Below, piece after piece: positions 28,195 to 36,011 of a stretch of 64,000 bases of DNA. The stretch covers positions 3 through 64,002 of the forward strand of contig JAKUSA010000010.1 in the NCBI GenBank assembly GCA_022449565.1. The letters run 5' to 3'. Origin of the DNA: Acidimicrobiales bacterium (GTDB lineage Bacteria; Actinomycetota; Acidimicrobiia; Acidimicrobiales; MedAcidi-G1). The position numbers and the translations under genes are program-made. The first letter of the stretch is position 1. The number at the start of each line of letters is the position of its first letter. The notes beneath the pieces are model-generated. The model saw nothing but the letters and a program-made list of their open reading frames with translations, did no database searches and was not told the DNA's origin.

Positions 28195-29441
28195 GCGGTC
28201 CGGTCCGCCCCAGGGTAATCCGCCTGGCCTGGCTGGCCGTCGCCCTGGCCATCGCCGGTGCCCTGGCCATCGCGGTGGCCGCGGACCGGCCGGCCTTGAC
28301 GAATGCCGACCGGGTCCGCCAGTTGGCCGAGGACTTCGCCTGCCCGGTCTGCGCCGGCCAGTCGCTGGCCGAGTCCGACGTTCCGGTGGCCCGAACCATT
28401 AGGGCCACCATCTCCATCCTGGTCGACGATGGGGTCGGCGACGACGAGGTGCGCTCCCTGCTGGTCTCCCGGTTCGGAACCGACATCGACTACAACCCGT
28501 CGGGCTCGGGGCTGACCGGGGTGGTGTGGGTGCTCCCCGTGGTGATCGGCGGAGTGGCGGTGGGGCTCCTGGCCCTGGCCGTTCGGCGGTGGCAAGGATT
28601 TCGGACCGCTGCCCGGACTCGGAGTGTCCTGGTCGGGACGGTCGGGTTGGCCGTGCTGGCCGGGTTGGCCCTTGCCGGGGCGGCTGGCAGCCGGCGGGGT
28701 GACGATGCTCTTTCCGGCGACATCCGGGCCTCGACGCGGAGCTTGCTTGTCGAGGCGTTGGTGGTCCCACCAGCCGAGGCGATGGAGATCTACGACCGGG
28801 TGCTGGAACTCCAGCCGTCGAACGTAGAGGCTCTGGCCTACCGGGGTTGGGCGGCCTGGCGTGGTGGTGACCCCGGGTCGGCTCGGACCGACCTCGACGA
28901 CGCGGTGACCCTTGACCCGTCCTACCCGGACGCCCGGGTCTTCAGGGCGTCCCGACGACTCGCCGAAGGTGACGCGGCTGGGGCCTCTGAAGATCTGACA
29001 GTGCTCGACGGGCTCGACGCCCCGCCGATCGTTGGCGATCTGGTGGTCGCCAGCCGGTTGAGGGAGCGGGTGGCCGACGAACTGGCCCGGTCGGGTGAGG
29101 TGGTGACAGCGCTCCAATTGTTGGACTCTGGCCTGATTGTCCTCGAGGGTTCGGATCCCCGTCGAGCCGCTGCGCCACTGCTGGCTCACCGGGGGTGGCT
29201 TTTGGCCACCACGGGCGACCGGGCCCTGGCCGAGTTGAGTCTGCTGTCCCTCGACGAGGCGATCGCCCTTGACCCGACCGACCCCTACGCCCTGGCTTAC
29301 CGGGCGGTGACCCTCCACCTTCTCGACCGGAGGGAAGCGGGTTTGCGCGACGCGGACGCCTTCACCGCACTCATCGACCAGCCCCCTGAGTTGCTCGAAC
29401 TGCTCGTCTCCCGGGGCCTCCTGACCGGTACGGGGGACTAG
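28191..29441 (+). CDS. ccmH: CcmH with C-terminal TPR (CcmI-like) extension
   Basis: ATGA overlap with ccmG. CcmH motif FACPVCAGQSLAESDVPVAR, then a TM helix, then TPR-like repeats (ALAYRGWAAWRGGDPGSARTDLDDAVTLDPSYPDA...). Confidence 0.8.
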   Translation: MSGPVRPRVIRLAWLAVALAIAGALAIAVAADRPALTNADRVRQLAEDFACPVCAGQSLAESDVPVARTIRATISILVDDGVGDDEVRSLLVSRFGTDIDYNPSGSGLTGVVWVLPVVIGGVAVGLLALAVRRWQGFRTAARTRSVLVGTVGLAVLAGLALAGAAGSRRGDDALSGDIRASTRSLLVEALVVPPAEAMEIYDRVLELQPSNVEALAYRGWAAWRGGDPGSARTDLDDAVTLDPSYPDARVFRASRRLAEGDAAGASEDLTVLDGLDAPPIVGDLVVASRLRERVADELARSGEVVTALQLLDSGLIVLEGSDPRRAAAPLLAHRGWLLATTGDRALAELSLLSLDEAIALDPTDPYALAYRAVTLHLLDRREAGLRDADAFTALIDQPPELLELLVSRGLLTGTGD

Positions 29442-29461
29442 CCACCTGCGTCAGGCGGTGT

Positions 29462-29937
29462 TCATGCGGTCGGGGGATGGTGGTAGCGGCCCTCAACGAC
29501 GACGCCTCCCCGGCAGGACAGTTCCCACACCGAGCCCTCGGCGTACCCCCGATCCCCGTGGGTCGGCACCCCGGTCAGCATCAGGTTGTGGAGCATCTCG
29601 GAGATCATGTCCCCGTGACTGCACAGGACGGTCGCGTCGCTCTGGTCGTCGCCCCTCGCCTGGGTCTCGACGAGCCGAAGCGCCTGAAGAGACGCTCCTT
29701 AGTACAGCACCGGGCCGGGGTGACCTCCAGGCCGGCCCGCCGGGCTAGCGGCAGGACGGTCTGTTGGCACCGGACGGCCCGACTGGATAGCACGACCGAC
29801 ACCGGGAAGTCGGCGAAGGCCTCGGCCAGGGAGGCCGCCTGGGCGGCACCGCGGGGGTCGAGGGGCCGGTCGGCGTCGTCACCCTCCCAGGCGAGGCGGT
29901 TGCCGGCCGAGCCGTGGCGGACGACAAGGATGCTCAC
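29462..29937 (-). pseudogene. SixA-like histidine phosphatase, reading frame disrupted
   Basis: The N-terminal half (MSILVVRHGSAG...LEVTPA) is in ORF 29605..29937. The C-terminal half, carrying the second catalytic His (ATVLCSHGDMISEMLHNL...HHPPTA*), continues in another frame down to 29462. The junction near 29690-29720 needs a 1-nt shift, and a TAA lies in the downstream frame. Confidence 0.55.
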
Positions 29938-30003
29938 GTCGCGGTGGTTCCTCCCGGTGGGTTATCGCCGACCGGTTCGGGCGGGATCGGCACCACCCAG
30001 GTG

Positions 30004-30723
30004 TCAGACGGTGACGTCGGTGATGCAGACGTCGTCACCCATGGGAAGGGACGAACTCAGTTCGGTCTGAGCCTCACCGTAGAGCACGCCGAGCATGCCG
30101 CGGACCAGCCCTCGGTCGACAGCGCAGATCACTGGATGCTCGATGGGGGCCCCGCCGAACGGGCAGTGTTCGGACACGATCCGCAGTCGACCGTCGCCGT
30201 CGGGTTCGGCTCGGGCGGCGAAGCCGTGGGCGGTGAGGGCGTCGGCGACGGTGTGGAGTGCCGAGCGGAAAGACCGCTGGACATCTTCCGGTCCGAGTTG
30301 GGCTGCCATCGAAGCGCCCACCTCGGCGCCCACCTCTTCGGCTAGGCGTTCGGCCTCGGTGTGCGGCAGTAGGGCCAGGGCCCGGCCCAGGAGGCTGACC
30401 AGCACAGTGTCCTGGCGAACCGGCAACTCCAGCGGGGTTCCCGGGTCGGCGACCCGGTAGTGCTTGGAGGGGCGCCCGGCACTGGCCCCTTCGGCGCGCG
30501 CCACCTCGACCTCCAAGTAGCCGCCGGAGGCGAGCTTGTCGAGATGGTGCCGGGCCACATTCGGGTGCAGGTCGAACCGGGCCGCGGTATCGGTGGCTGT
30601 CACGCCTTCGGACAGTTCGCGGACGTGGAGGTAGATGTCCCGGCGGGTCGGGTCGCCGAAGGCACCCGTGATGGCGGTGACCGCGGAGGCGAACTCGGTC
30701 GGCGTGAGGGGTGCCCGGTCCAC
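30004..30723 (-). CDS. winged-helix (ArsR-like) transcriptional regulator with Cys-containing C-terminal domain
   Basis: FGDPTRRDIYLHV...TATDTAARFDLHPNVARHHLDKLASGGYLEV HTH region. The C-terminus carries EHCPFG...HPVICAVDRG...DDVCITD. Divergent from mrp. Confidence 0.7.
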   Translation of the reverse strand: MDRAPLTPTEFASAVTAITGAFGDPTRRDIYLHVRELSEGVTATDTAARFDLHPNVARHHLDKLASGGYLEVEVARAEGASAGRPSKHYRVADPGTPLELPVRQDTVLVSLLGRALALLPHTEAERLAEEVGAEVGASMAAQLGPEDVQRSFRSALHTVADALTAHGFAARAEPDGDGRLRIVSEHCPFGGAPIEHPVICAVDRGLVRGMLGVLYGEAQTELSSSLPMGDDVCITDVTV

Positions 30724-30795
30724 GTCGCTAGCCTACTGAAGCACAGCCCTGCCGGCCTCCGGGCCGGAACATGGCCCCTTGTTCTGAGGAGTTTC

Positions 30796-31935
30796 GTGCC
30801 GGTCAGCCAAGCCGAGGTGGTCGAGGCCCTGCGACCGGTTCAGGACCCTGAGTTGCGGCGCAGCATCGTCGAATTGGGCATGGTACGCGAGATCACGGTG
30901 ACCGGGGCGTCGGTCGGTGTGCAGGTTGCGCTCACAATTCCGGGTTGTCCCCTTAAGGCGGAGATCACCGGCGCGGTCGAGAGGGCGGTGGCCACCCTAG
31001 GCGGAGTGGACCACGTGGCAGTGGAGTTCATCTTCATGACCGACGCCGAACGCGAGGCGCTCCGCCGACACCTGCACGGTGATCCGGCGGCCAGCGCCGG
31101 CACCAATCCCACGGTCGGACACTCGGAGGGACGGGCCGTGCCTTTTGCCGAGGCCAACAGTTCCACCCGGGTGCTGCTGCTGGCCTCGGGGAAGGGAGGG
31201 GTCGGCAAATCGTCGGTGACGACCAATCTGGCTGTGGCGCTCGCCGCGAGGGATCGCGACGTGGCCGTGGTCGACGCCGATGTGTGGGGTTTCTCGATCC
31301 CGAGGATGCTCGGGGTCAACCAGTCGCCGACGGTGATCGACGACATGCTCATCCCGCCGGAGGCCCACGGGGTGCGGTGCATCTCGATGGGGTTTTTCGC
31401 TGACGAGGACCAACCGGTGATCTGGCGAGGTCCGATGCTCCACAAGGCGCTCGAACAGTTCCTCACCGACGTCTACTGGGACGAACCCGACTTCCTTCTG
31501 GTCGACCTGCCGCCGGGCACCGGCGACATCTCGATCTCGCTGGCCGGGTTCCTTCCCACCTCGGAGATGTTTGTGGTGACCACCCCTCAGCCGGCCGCTC
31601 AGAAGGTGGCCCAGCGGGCGGCCTTGATGGCTGAGAAGGTCCACCTGGGGGTGTGCGGCGTGATCGAGAACATGTCCTGGTTTACCGGTGATGACGGCAC
31701 CCGCTATGACCTGTTCGGTTCAGGTGGCGGCGTGGAGTTGGCCGAACGGTTTGGTGTGCCGCTCGTTGGACAGATTCCCCTGGTCCCCGAGCTGCGCGAC
31801 GGCTCCGATACGGGCCGTCCGGTTGCGGTCGACCCATCGACCGAGATCGGTGGGGTGTTCGCCGAAATGGCCCGGGTGGTCGACGAGGACCTCCGGCCCA
31901 CCAAGCGACGCCACCGTGAACTAAAGATCGTCTAG
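30796..31935 (+). CDS. mrp: Mrp/ApbC/NBP35-family Fe-S cluster carrier ATPase with N-terminal DUF59 domain
   Basis: GTG 30796 follows a gagga SD. DUF59 region DPELRRSIVELGMV. Deviant Walker A ASGKGGVGKSS. Confidence 0.9.
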   Translation: MPVSQAEVVEALRPVQDPELRRSIVELGMVREITVTGASVGVQVALTIPGCPLKAEITGAVERAVATLGGVDHVAVEFIFMTDAEREALRRHLHGDPAASAGTNPTVGHSEGRAVPFAEANSSTRVLLLASGKGGVGKSSVTTNLAVALAARDRDVAVVDADVWGFSIPRMLGVNQSPTVIDDMLIPPEAHGVRCISMGFFADEDQPVIWRGPMLHKALEQFLTDVYWDEPDFLLVDLPPGTGDISISLAGFLPTSEMFVVTTPQPAAQKVAQRAALMAEKVHLGVCGVIENMSWFTGDDGTRYDLFGSGGGVELAERFGVPLVGQIPLVPELRDGSDTGRPVAVDPSTEIGGVFAEMARVVDEDLRPTKRRHRELKIV

Positions 31936-31958
31936 CCGACCGGAACGAGGAGACCATC

Positions 31959-32189
31959 GTGGACGTGCGGATCGGGGTGATTCATATCCCTAAGGAACTC
32001 AGCGTCGAAATGCCCGACGACACGGACCGGGAAGACCTACGGGTCCGGATCGACGAAGCTCTGGCCGGCACCGCGGCGACGCTCTGGTTGACCGACACCC
32101 GCGGACGCCAGATCGGGCTCCCGTCCGAACGGATCGGCTACGTGGAACTTGGCGCCGACGAGGGTGACCGTCCGGTTGGCTTCGGCTAA
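31959..32189 (+). CDS. DUF3107 family protein
   Basis: The VDVRIGVIHIPKELSVE... pattern matches the small acidic actinobacterial DUF3107 family as I recall it. Confidence 0.6.
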   Translation: MDVRIGVIHIPKELSVEMPDDTDREDLRVRIDEALAGTAATLWLTDTRGRQIGLPSERIGYVELGADEGDRPVGFG

Positions 32190-32251
32190 CCCCTGGGTCG
32201 GCCCGCTCCCGGCGGCACCGGCGCGCCACACGAACCGTAGGCTGGCTGAGC

Positions 32252-33745
32252 ATGGCCACCCTGGCTGAACTGGCCCGTCGGCACAGCATCCTCGACGAGG
32301 AACGGATCGCCCACCTGCAGGGCCTGACCGGCTGTTGGGGGCTCCTGGCCGACTTGTCCTTCGCCGACCTTGTGCTCTACGCGCCGACAGCCGACGGTCC
32401 CGGCGCGCCGATGGTGCTGCTGGGCCATGTTCGGCCCACAACAGGCGCAACCCTGTACCGGGCTGACCTGGTTGGGCAGGTCTACGAACCCGAACGCCGA
32501 CCGACCGTCGTTGAGGCCCTGGACTCCTCGAAAATTGTCAGCGGCGTTGTGCCGGTGGGGGCGGACCGCCACATCAACCTGATGGCCATCCCGGTGAACC
32601 ATCGTGGACAGGCCATCGCCGTGGTGGGTCGGGAACGGACCCGGCCGCCCGACCGGCCGCGCAGTGAACTAGAACGGACCTACCTGGCGATCTTCGACCG
32701 GTTCGCACTGATGCTCGAGCAAGGTGAGTTCCCGTACCCGGACGAGGACCGCTTCCGGCATCGCACCCCACGGGTGGGGGACGGCCTGTTGTTGGTAGAC
32801 CGGGCGGGTCGAATCGAGTTCGCCTCACCGAATGCTGTCTCGCTGTTACACCGGCTGGGTTGGCACCGCGGGGTAGTCGGCGCCCGCGTAGAGGAGACTG
32901 GCCTTGGCTCCACGATGCTGCGCGCTGCGTTCGCCCGGTGCTCCTCGGTCATTGATGAGATGGAGAGCGGCAACGAGGTAGCGGTGGTCAGCCACTGCTA
33001 CCCCTTCCTGGAGGGGGGCCAACCCTCCGGGGCGGCAGTGCTGCTGCGCGACGTCACCGAGCTGCGACGTAGGGACCGCCAACTGGTCTCCAAAGATGCC
33101 ACCATCCGGGAGATTCACCACCGGGTGAAGAACAACCTTCAGACGATTTCGTCACTGCTCCGGTTGCAGGGTCGTCGCCTCGGCTCCGAGGAGGCTCGGG
33201 ACGCCCTCGAGGAGTCGGTGCGGCGAATCGCGGCAATCGCCGTGGTCCACGAGACGCTGGCCCAGGGCACCGACGGTGAGGTGGCCTTCGACGAGATCGT
33301 CCGCCCGCTGGTTGACGTCGTCGAGGAGGGGCTGTCCTCGCCATTGCGTCCGGTGGAGTTTGTCGTCGAGGGTGACGCCGGCGTGCTTCCGGCCCGTGTC
33401 ACCACGACGCTTGCCGTGGTAGTGACTGAACTGCTCCAGAACGCCGTCGAGCACGCCTTCCACGGCCGTAGGGCCGGCCGAGTGTCGGTGGTTCTGGGTC
33501 GGGGGTCGCACGGACTCCTGGTGGAGGTGGCCGACGACGGGACCGGCCTCCCCGAGGACTTCACGATGGACGACTGCGCTGGCCTGGGCCTCACTATCGT
33601 GCGGACCTTCGTGGAGGGAGAGTTGGGCGGTTCGATCGACCTGCGGCCGGTGTCCGGTGCCTCGGGCACCGTCGCCGAGGTTCGTGTGCCGGCCGAGGTC
33701 CTCGTCGGGGCCTGGGAAGAGGCCCAGGAGCCAGTAGCCGGATGA
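32252..33745 (+). CDS. pdtaS: PdtaS-type sensor histidine kinase (GAF/PAS, HisKA_2, HATPase)
   Basis: Cytoplasmic, with no TM helices. H-box IREIHHRVKNNLQTISSLLRLQ, an ATPase region (ELLQNAVEHAF...DDGTGLPEDF...GLGLTIV), and N-terminal sensor domains. Confidence 0.8.
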   Translation: MATLAELARRHSILDEERIAHLQGLTGCWGLLADLSFADLVLYAPTADGPGAPMVLLGHVRPTTGATLYRADLVGQVYEPERRPTVVEALDSSKIVSGVVPVGADRHINLMAIPVNHRGQAIAVVGRERTRPPDRPRSELERTYLAIFDRFALMLEQGEFPYPDEDRFRHRTPRVGDGLLLVDRAGRIEFASPNAVSLLHRLGWHRGVVGARVEETGLGSTMLRAAFARCSSVIDEMESGNEVAVVSHCYPFLEGGQPSGAAVLLRDVTELRRRDRQLVSKDATIREIHHRVKNNLQTISSLLRLQGRRLGSEEARDALEESVRRIAAIAVVHETLAQGTDGEVAFDEIVRPLVDVVEEGLSSPLRPVEFVVEGDAGVLPARVTTTLAVVVTELLQNAVEHAFHGRRAGRVSVVLGRGSHGLLVEVADDGTGLPEDFTMDDCAGLGLTIVRTFVEGELGGSIDLRPVSGASGTVAEVRVPAEVLVGAWEEAQEPVAG

Positions 33746-34440
33746 GCGAAGGCCGTCCCCTGGTCATCGCCCACAGGGGTGCATCGGCTGACCGGCCAGA
33801 GAACACACTCGAGGCGTTCACCGAGGCCCGGACCCAAGGTGCCGACTGGGTAGAGCTGGATGTCCGGCGTTCCGCCGACGGGGTGCTGGTCGTCCACCAC
33901 GATGCCCATCTAGCCGATGGCCGACTCATCCGTGAAACCGTCACCGACGACATGCCGGGGAGCGTGCCCAGCCTGGCCGAGGCATTCGAAGCCTGCGAGG
34001 GCATGGGCGTGAACGTGGAGATCAAGCACCTGCCAGGGGAGCCCGACTTCGCCGAGGTGGATCTGGTCTGTGAGGCAGTGGCTGGCCTGGCCGGCGCCTA
34101 CCGACCAGTCGGGCAACTGCTCCTCTCGTCATTCGACATCTCGGCGGTGGACCGGATCCTGACTGTCGACCCGACTCTGCCGACGGCCTGGCTGGTCGTA
34201 GAGCGCTACGGCACGGCGCAGATCCTTGACCGGGTCGAGGCCCACGGGCACGGAGCGATTAACCCGTGGGACGAACTGGTCGATCAAGTCCTGGTGGACG
34301 ACGCCCACCGGCGTGGCTTGAAGGTGGTGGTGTGGACGGTTGATGACGGCGATCGGATCGTCGAATTGGCCAACTGGGGCGTCGACGGGATCGTTACCAA
34401 CCAGGTGTCGATGGCTCGTCGGGCCGTCGATGGGGCTTGA
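33742..34440 (+). CDS. glycerophosphodiester phosphodiesterase family protein
   Basis: VIAHRGASADRPENTLEAF and VELDVRRSADG motifs. ATGA overlap with pdtaS. Confidence 0.85.
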   Translation: MSEGRPLVIAHRGASADRPENTLEAFTEARTQGADWVELDVRRSADGVLVVHHDAHLADGRLIRETVTDDMPGSVPSLAEAFEACEGMGVNVEIKHLPGEPDFAEVDLVCEAVAGLAGAYRPVGQLLLSSFDISAVDRILTVDPTLPTAWLVVERYGTAQILDRVEAHGHGAINPWDELVDQVLVDDAHRRGLKVVVWTVDDGDRIVELANWGVDGIVTNQVSMARRAVDGA

Positions 34441-34446
34441 CGGTCC

Positions 34447-35415
34447 TCATTCCAGCACCGGCGATCCAAGGGGCACCACCAAGTCGAGCACTGCCGGTTC
34501 GTGGCGGAACCTCAACTCGTCTGCTTCGCCAAGGTGGTCACCGTCGACCTGATACGGCAAGGGGCGGTAGCCGCTGACCACCGCCTCGACCACGTCACCC
34601 CGGTGGTCCACGACGGGGCTGGCGGCAACCGGCGGACCCGCCAATCCGAGCGCCCGGACCAGGACGGGGATGATCCGGGCCAGGGTCAACGACCGAAAGG
34701 TGACCATCGACAGTGGCGAATCAAGTGTGGCGGCGGGGTCCAACGAGAGCCTCCTGGTGCCGAGGTATGTGTATGGGTCGGTGTTGAGGCACACAGTGAA
34801 CAGGCCGTCGACCCCGGTTGTTTCAGGGTCGCCAAAGGCTTCCTCGTCGGTCCGGCGACTAGAGACCCGAAAGGCGGGCCGACGGCGGTCGTAGTGCCAC
34901 AACCACGTCTCGGCAGCGGCCACCACGAACAGCGGGTGGCCGGCGAACCGCTTCAGCAGGCCGCCGCGCCGTTCAACCCGCTCGACGACCGCCGCGTCGA
35001 ACCCGACACCGGTGTGAAAGAGGAAGTAGCGGTCGTTCACCGATCCGAGGCCCACCCGCCGTACCGAGCCGGCCTCCATGGCGTCGAGCAGTGCGCCGGT
35101 GGCCTCCACTGGGTCGTCGGGCAGCCCCAGGGTGCGGGCGAAGACGTTGGTGGAACCTCCGGGCACAGCGGCGAGGGCCGTCTGGGTGCCGGCCAAACCG
35201 TTAGCCGCCTCGTTGAGGGTGCCGTCGCCACCGAGGACGACTACCACGTCGATGTTGTCATTGGCCGCCCCTTGGGCGAGTCGGGTGGCGTGGCCCCGGC
35301 GGCTGGTGGCCGCCACCTCGAGCCGGTGGTCGGCCGACAGGGCCTTTTGGATCACGATCCGGGTGCGGGCCGTCACCGACGAGGCCGACGGGTTCACTAT
35401 CAGGAGGATCTTCAT
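34447..35415 (-). CDS. diacylglycerol/lipid kinase family protein (YegS/DagK-like)
   Basis: MKILLIVNPSASS N-terminus and VVVLGGDGTLNEAANGL motif. ATG 35415 follows an aggagg SD. Confidence 0.85.
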   Translation of the reverse strand: MKILLIVNPSASSVTARTRIVIQKALSADHRLEVAATSRRGHATRLAQGAANDNIDVVVVLGGDGTLNEAANGLAGTQTALAAVPGGSTNVFARTLGLPDDPVEATGALLDAMEAGSVRRVGLGSVNDRYFLFHTGVGFDAAVVERVERRGGLLKRFAGHPLFVVAAAETWLWHYDRRRPAFRVSSRRTDEEAFGDPETTGVDGLFTVCLNTDPYTYLGTRRLSLDPAATLDSPLSMVTFRSLTLARIIPVLVRALGLAGPPVAASPVVDHRGDVVEAVVSGYRPLPYQVDGDHLGEADELRFRHEPAVLDLVVPLGSPVLE

Positions 35416-35601
35416 CGCCTCCTGAGGGTAGCGGGGGTGCCGGGTCCGGTACCGGGGTTCGGCGCCCAGCATGGTGGTCGTCCCAGTCTTCGGTCGGTGG
35501 AAGTGCAGGCCGACCTAGGAGCCGGCCTTCGGATGGTGTTGACCGAGTAGGACCGCCTGGCCGGCCACGAGAAGGTCATCAAGGAGCGGGAGGTCACGCG
35601 G

Positions 35602-35937
35602 GTGGAGGAACTTCTGAAGCTGGGTTCTTACAAGCCGATCGCCGTTGACGACCTCACCGGCACCATCCTGGACGGCTACCAAAAGACAGCGGCGGCCGGG
35701 CGCCTCGGTCTGGACCTGGTGGCGGTGCTGCCAGTCGACTATCTCTCGGACGAACGGATCACCGGGGAGGTTTGGCCGAAAAGTGGCCGGGCGTCGATCA
35801 CCAAGGCTGACGTGCTCGAGATGGCCGCGTCGGGCGAGGTGTTTCCGGCTAAGACTTCCCGACAAGTGATGCCTTTCGCGCCGCCGCAGCTGGCCGTGCC
35901 GTTAGGACGGCTCGGCCGCCCTAACGGCACGGCCTGA
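35602..35937 (+). CDS. ParB/Srx-fold-like small protein; 5' end uncertain
   Basis: YKPIAVDDLTGTILDGYQK resembles the ParB/sulfiredoxin N-terminal core (PIxVD...ILDGxxR). GTG 35602 has a gggagg SD, but coding-like sequence continues upstream to ATG 35533 across an in-frame TAG (35548-35550). Confidence 0.5.
   Translation: MEELLKLGSYKPIAVDDLTGTILDGYQKTAAAGRLGLDLVAVLPVDYLSDERITGEVWPKSGRASITKADVLEMAASGEVFPAKTSRQVMPFAPPQLAVPLGRLGRPNGTA
35892..35934 (+). terminator. 15-bp perfect stem-loop at the 3' end of the preceding gene (possible terminator or RNA-stability element)
   Basis: ggccgtgccgttagg (35892-35906) is the exact reverse complement of cctaacggcacggcc (35920-35934), with a 13-nt loop. It ends 1 nt before the TGA stop. 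No U-tract follows. Confidence 0.35.
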
Positions 35938-36011
35938 CCTGCGAGGGTTAGTAACTGGCTTCGATCGCTCGGTGCGTGTGATTGGACCGCGCGGTAGGCA
36001 CACTGTCGGCC

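Noticed and set aside
28113-29318. Long antisense or alternative-frame ORFs throughout the track, for example 28113..29318(-), 16003..16863(+), 42317..43390(+), 34501..35550(+), 63209..63955(-) and 56138..56740(-).
   Set aside because: They overlap genes with clear family motifs on the other strand or frame. Their products are Arg/Pro/Gly-rich low-complexity sequence, as expected for stop-codon-poor shadow frames in about 70% GC DNA. No motifs were recognised.
35548-35550. The in-frame TAG as programmed recoding (for example pyrrolysine).
   Set aside because: No pyl genes or recoding elements are visible in the window. TAG is used as an ordinary stop by several neighbouring genes (for example 14723-14725 and 48975-48977). 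A nonsense mutation, an alternative start or a sequencing error is far more likely.
35515-35865. The minus-strand 116-aa ORF opposite the ParB/Srx-like gene.
   Set aside because: The plus-strand frame has near-uniform G/C third positions, an SD and a recognisable motif. The minus-strand product is Arg/Leu-rich with no motif.
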